From Nostoc sp. (lineage in GTDB: Bacteria; Cyanobacteriota; Cyanobacteriia; Cyanobacteriales; Nostocaceae): a stretch of 30,477 bases of DNA. This document shows positions 27,501-30,477 of this stretch, piece by piece. The notes under the pieces are model-generated. The model did no database searches, was not told the DNA's origin, and worked only from the letters and a program-made list of their open reading frames with translations. The stretch lies in NCBI GenBank assembly GCA_036918135.1, contig JBALDB010000022.1, forward strand, positions 1-30,477, written 5' to 3'. Made by a program: the position numbers and the translations under genes. Position 1 is the stretch's first letter. Every line of letters begins with the position of its first letter.

Positions 27501-29771
27501 GTATTGTGTCTGAATTTGAGCTATGATTGCTTGTGCTTCGCTTTGCACTTGCTGGCGCTGCTGGTCAATTTCGGCTGTAACAGTTGCTTTTTGTTGCTCA
27601 ACTGCTGCCATCACAGAAGTTTTGGCATTTTCAGTCGAACCTTGGATGCGTGCCTCAATTCCTTGCCCCAGTTGCGTAATTGTTTGCACTCGCAAAGCTG
27701 CTTCAGCCAAAAAGTTATTTGTGACATTGACAGCCTGAGCCTGCTGCTGTTCTTGGAAGATAGCATCATCGTCTCCTTGAGTCGTCTGTTCCTGCTCAGG
27801 AGGTGCAAAGTTAACTGTTGTTGCCGCCAATTGGGAAGTTTGAGTATTTACAGCATTTTGCTGAGTTTGTGCTGCTAAAACGGCAGTTGTGGCTTGTTCT
27901 TTCTCTGCCACAGTTTCCGGGGTGACAGCTTTGACCATGCTTTCCGGATTCGGGTTATTAACCTGTAATTGAGGTAACTTTTCTAACCCTTGACCTTGAA
28001 CAGCATTAGCTTGCTGTGTAATCTGTTCGCCTTTATCTGCTTTCGTTTGCGGACTAACAGCTTTCTCCATGCCATCAGAATTAACCTTACCAGCGGAGGC
28101 TGTTTCTAGTGTCTGTGATTCGGGTAATTTTTCTTTGGCTTCATTGGTTTTAGGTTTATTGTCTTCAGTTTTCGGCTGCTGATTTTGGTCTGCTTTTGCT
28201 TCCTTCTCTATGCCTTCTGGATTTGGCTTGCCAGCCATACCTGCTTGGACTGCTGGCGATTGAGGTAACTTTTCTTTACCTTCACCTTTGGGTTTGTCTT
28301 CCTGAGCTTTTGCTGACTCTGGTGTTGGACTAGCTGCATCTGCAACTGTTGCTGATGAGTCGGTTTCAACTACCCCTGAAGATTTATCTTGGGGTGTAGC
28401 CATTTCAACTGAATTACTATCAGGCAGACCTGATGAGACCTTTTTTTTAGCTTCCTGCTGATTTTTTGTAGACTCAGCTTGTTGAGAGAGTTTATCGTCC
28501 GGTGGTGGTTCTGTTGTTCCAGTTGCCAGGGGAGATTGAACGCTAACATCTGGTATTGGGCGATTATCCTCAAGTCCCTGACGTACATCATTCTCAACTT
28601 CAGTAGCGTCTTGCTCTGTAGTTTGTTGAGATTGAGTATTGATAGCTGCTGAATCAGAAGCAAGTTCGATAGTCTGGCCAGGAACTTCTTTAGCTTGCAA
28701 AAGCTCCTCTTGCTGCTCGCACCCAGAGCAACAAAGCCGCTGAATATCTATGTCTGCGGTCACTGCCTCTGTTGCAGAAGGATCTGTTTGACGGCTAATT
28801 GTCTTACTATTTTGTTGGACAACGTGAGTTAATTCATGGGCAAGTAATTCTTTGCCTTGATAACTCCCCGGACTATATTCTCCTTGACGAAAGAAAATAT
28901 CTTGTCCTGTGGTAAAGGCACGAGCTTGGATGGACTGATTGAGTTGGTGAGAACGGTTATCTGTATGGATTTTAACACCGCTAAAGTCAGTCCCAAACGC
29001 CTCTTCCATTGGTTGGCGAATATCGTTTGAGAGTGGCTGCCCATTTTGGCGTGCGCGTTGAATTGAAGTTTCTAGATTGGATGTACTTACCACACCACCA
29101 CCCTGACGCTGGACTACAGGAGTAATGGAACCAACTAGAAATTTCCTTTGTAATTCTGTTTGGGGTAATCCCGTTTCTGGCAATGCCTGGTGTTGGATAA
29201 ACTGCTGATTTCGAGGTTCACTTATCCTCTGCATCACCTGCCGTGCTACTGTATCAGCTTCCTGCTCGTAAATATCTCCTGGCTGGTTAATTGTGAGTTT
29301 TGTTTGCAGACGCAGTGACATTCGACTAATGTCGTGGGTGAGAGGTTTTAGGGGTTGCTCCTTAGTAGCCGCTTGGGGAGAAGAATCAAGAGGCTTCATT
29401 TGTAATTCTTCTTCTAATTCCTGAGATGGAAATTCTGCCTCTGTCCGTTCCTCTTCTTCTGGCAGTTCTTCCCGTTGCACGGGTTGCTGATTTTCTGGCT
29501 CGCTGATGCTCTGCGCCACCTGTGGTGCTACTGTCTGGGCTTCTTGCTCCTCAACATCTTCCGGCTGGTTAACTGTGAGTTTTGTTTGTGGGTGTAGTGA
29601 TATTCGACTAATGTCGTGCCCCAGAGGTTTATTAACCAATGGCAAATCAGCAGTTGTTTGGCGTAAGACACCAGGAGAGTTTAGACCAAAACCGCGCCCC
29701 GGTTGCCTGAGTTTAGGTATTGAGAAGAAACTAGTGCTAGCTTTTTTGGGCTTGGCTACGCGTTCTCTCAT
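24549..29771 (-). CDS. DUF4157 (eCIS core domain) effector: DUF4157, low-complexity linker, long Gln/Ala helical region, hydrophobic Gly/Ala segment, NTase-like C-terminal tip
   Basis: FGTDFSGVKIH...ARAFTTGQDIFF...LLAHELTHVVQQ (about 28810-29050); hydrophobic region about 25780-26240; IQGSS..DVDIA near the C-terminus. Confidence 0.88.
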   Translation of the reverse strand: MRERVAKPKKASTSFFSIPKLRQPGRGFGLNSPGVLRQTTADLPLVNKPLGHDISRISLHPQTKLTVNQPEDVEEQEAQTVAPQVAQSISEPENQQPVQREELPEEEERTEAEFPSQELEEELQMKPLDSSPQAATKEQPLKPLTHDISRMSLRLQTKLTINQPGDIYEQEADTVARQVMQRISEPRNQQFIQHQALPETGLPQTELQRKFLVGSITPVVQRQGGGVVSTSNLETSIQRARQNGQPLSNDIRQPMEEAFGTDFSGVKIHTDNRSHQLNQSIQARAFTTGQDIFFRQGEYSPGSYQGKELLAHELTHVVQQNSKTISRQTDPSATEAVTADIDIQRLCCSGCEQQEELLQAKEVPGQTIELASDSAAINTQSQQTTEQDATEVENDVRQGLEDNRPIPDVSVQSPLATGTTEPPPDDKLSQQAESTKNQQEAKKKVSSGLPDSNSVEMATPQDKSSGVVETDSSATVADAASPTPESAKAQEDKPKGEGKEKLPQSPAVQAGMAGKPNPEGIEKEAKADQNQQPKTEDNKPKTNEAKEKLPESQTLETASAGKVNSDGMEKAVSPQTKADKGEQITQQANAVQGQGLEKLPQLQVNNPNPESMVKAVTPETVAEKEQATTAVLAAQTQQNAVNTQTSQLAATTVNFAPPEQEQTTQGDDDAIFQEQQQAQAVNVTNNFLAEAALRVQTITQLGQGIEARIQGSTENAKTSVMAAVEQQKATVTAEIDQQRQQVQSEAQAIIAQIQTQYQAAAATTSQTTATERQKVTTEYTTSLQKVDESENNQLAKIEEFYTQAREKYRAAGVKVGDEAIAFGEQKATAWESQITGKDDSFLKGPLTDNRLKARAKAAREVAKQYKDGLVKEGNKQADAVAQGKPKDIEGIHNIANQSRQQLQTLQQQTLSNLNSVEQQVLSQLAEAQTQLTQTANQTLQSTLQSLDQQQAAQLQLLSVYGQGQVSAIERDAQKAIASIQDGINQAANSLQTAIQDTQSQLQGTPAPNPDELSATLAEILAQFDSSVAKVQQQTEQGITASQEGIAQGGQQAVTAVNGIAQSGLEESSGVSQEAKTTLTNLNQGATDTFNQIQQTFTTTVTNTTTTAVTGFGQTTQGIQTAFDQSNQNMDTNFQKSVTDLEKGLRGSIQGDKQPNLDSDIQKYAQEAADKEQPRWKTVLKVLLVIAVIVVAIIVAPAVIGAVGALAGALGASAALAGGIGAVVGGAIVGAVAGAVIQIGNNAIDGKNLLDGVGKAALAGAIGGALGGAGGVLGNVLGQAGKLGAGLTQSFLKFGIDVAFDIAGGIFGNLATGEPITLEAVLIGAAIGAAVQISTANLGRLGRFGRSVEGMQTRTFQAGERFGSSLGDGIKTGFSGRINTPTIDSPGVDAPNVPRPESEAPRSSPEEIGESSSTRSTRPEEIGESSSTRSTRPEEIGESSSTRPKDMPGIKEPEADAQSPETTRPSSTKSEQLENESSQTRQTGKPEEILDSVNSRIASQSDKFELTYTQDQLDSIIKKGKELGLSDKVIEDLIYTGSRKAKAISADELIGQMEHWVNVISKRGFPEKFADKNEFQEFSQDLLKGVKAAGIPADDIRIQGSSLRKTSAQDVDIAAFVDEPSFDRLLVQRYDGKITTRETGKKPETVSLNDKSHDELVQLANDIMIPANREKYNGQARTFGNALLNGIISSKTDIIKPLKKTTNEINDKYPHLNVESISVLIRGGRFDVKPDLPVTGNLDNQ
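25450..25563 (-). repeat. 42-bp (14-aa) coding tandem repeat, about 2.7 copies
   Basis: PEEIGESSSTRSTR units just before the C-terminal tip. Confidence 0.9.
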
Positions 29772-30146
29772 TGGCTTCTCCTGATGCCCGCCGAGCAGTA
29801 GGGTGGATAATTATTTTGCCTATACTATATATGTAGAGTAGTACGATCGCACTTGTAACACAATTAATCAAAAGTCTACAATCAATGCAAAATCCAGTTG
29901 GTCTATTGTGAAATATGCCAATGCGATCGCACTACAAGATTAGCAATCGCGGTTTTCGGTTCGGCATATTGGTTGGTAAAGGCGCATCAGATTGTGGCAA
30001 CCCCTTGGATTGTAGGGGCGCAAGGCCATGCCGAATCAATATCTGTCGTAGTAATGCACCATTAGATTGGTTCGGTGCGTTACTTAGTTAACGCACCCGA
30101 CAAGAGCGGCGATCGCATTGTTAATTTTAACGACGAAATTCTCTGC

Positions 30147-30476
30147 TCAACCGCCTCTGGTACCGATACGGTATCGAACGTTTTTCTCACTGTATTTTAT
30201 TATTGTGAGCCGCATTGGACCAATATTAAATAGTCGGATATTCTTTGTGATAAATAATTTAAAAGCTTTATCTGGCAACGATTTCCCATCCCACCCTGTT
30301 GGTGGTTCAATATTCATAACAGTTGAAGAGCCTTCTCCAGTTTTATGATTATACTTTTGCTTTTTCTTTTTCTTTTCATCTCTCTCCTCTTCCTCACTTT
30401 CGCTTTCAGAATCTAATATTTTCTTGGTGGTATATGTATGATTATACTTTTGCTTTTTCTTTTTCTTTTCATCTTT
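30147..30476 (-). CDS. 3' end of an upstream gene (partial) with a 31-aa Lys/Glu-rich repeat
   Basis: Open frame from the window edge: KDEKKKKKQKYNHTYTTKKILDSESESEEEERDEKKKKKQKYNH...VRYRIGTRGG*; repeat period 93 bp (30344 and 30437). Confidence 0.7.
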   Translation of the reverse strand, partial: KDEKKKKKQKYNHTYTTKKILDSESESEEEERDEKKKKKQKYNHKTGEGSSTVMNIEPPTGWDGKSLPDKAFKLFITKNIRLFNIGPMRLTIIKYSEKNVRYRIGTRGG

Positions 30477-30477
30477 C

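Noticed and set aside
25283..29784. Antisense and alternative-frame ORFs inside the 1740-aa gene (likewise 887-1966, 2424-3968, 8157-8507, 12159-12870)
   Set aside because: Shadow ORFs of well-supported genes with no recognisable motifs.
30011..30100. Possible ncRNA or tRNA in the hairpin-rich spacer
   Set aside because: Looks like fragments of REP-like palindromes (gtaggggcgcaaggcc, gtaatgcacc...ggtgcgttac); no tRNA cloverleaf or known RNA motif recognised.

Overview
Genomic DNA from a filamentous heterocyst-forming cyanobacterium (Nostocales-like), judged from frequent HIP1 GCGATCGC sites, heptamer STRR repeats and a psbA 3' end. Left to right: (1) psbA 3' end and terminator; (2) four minus-strand stress-type genes (Zn-dependent dehydrogenase, fasciclin, SRPBCC, SDR); (3) a minus-strand operon for the tail part of an extracellular contractile injection system (eCIS): cap, sheath, two tube proteins, two tail-assembly-chaperone paralogs and a DUF6760-like ORF. 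No baseplate, spike, ATPase or tape-measure gene is recognisable in the window. The operon instead continues into an FHA/acidic-linker/degenerate methylglyoxal-synthase protein, followed by a CHASE2 Ser/Thr kinase; (4) a divergent signalling operon: His kinase with an atypical H-box, NarL-type regulator, pseudokinase-TM-PstS-like receptor and Zn-ribbon-FHA protein; (5) a cytochrome P450, small genes and a KamA/MATE deletion scar; (6) a 1740-aa DUF4157 effector with a nucleotidyltransferase-like tip and two coupled downstream genes (candidate immunity); (7) the 3' end of another gene. The main leads are a probable programmed -1 frameshift in the eCIS chaperone, a phospho-threonine circuit containing several pseudoenzymes around the eCIS genes, and an NTase-type toxin/immunity pair. 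All family assignments come from recognising motifs by eye; no searches were run.
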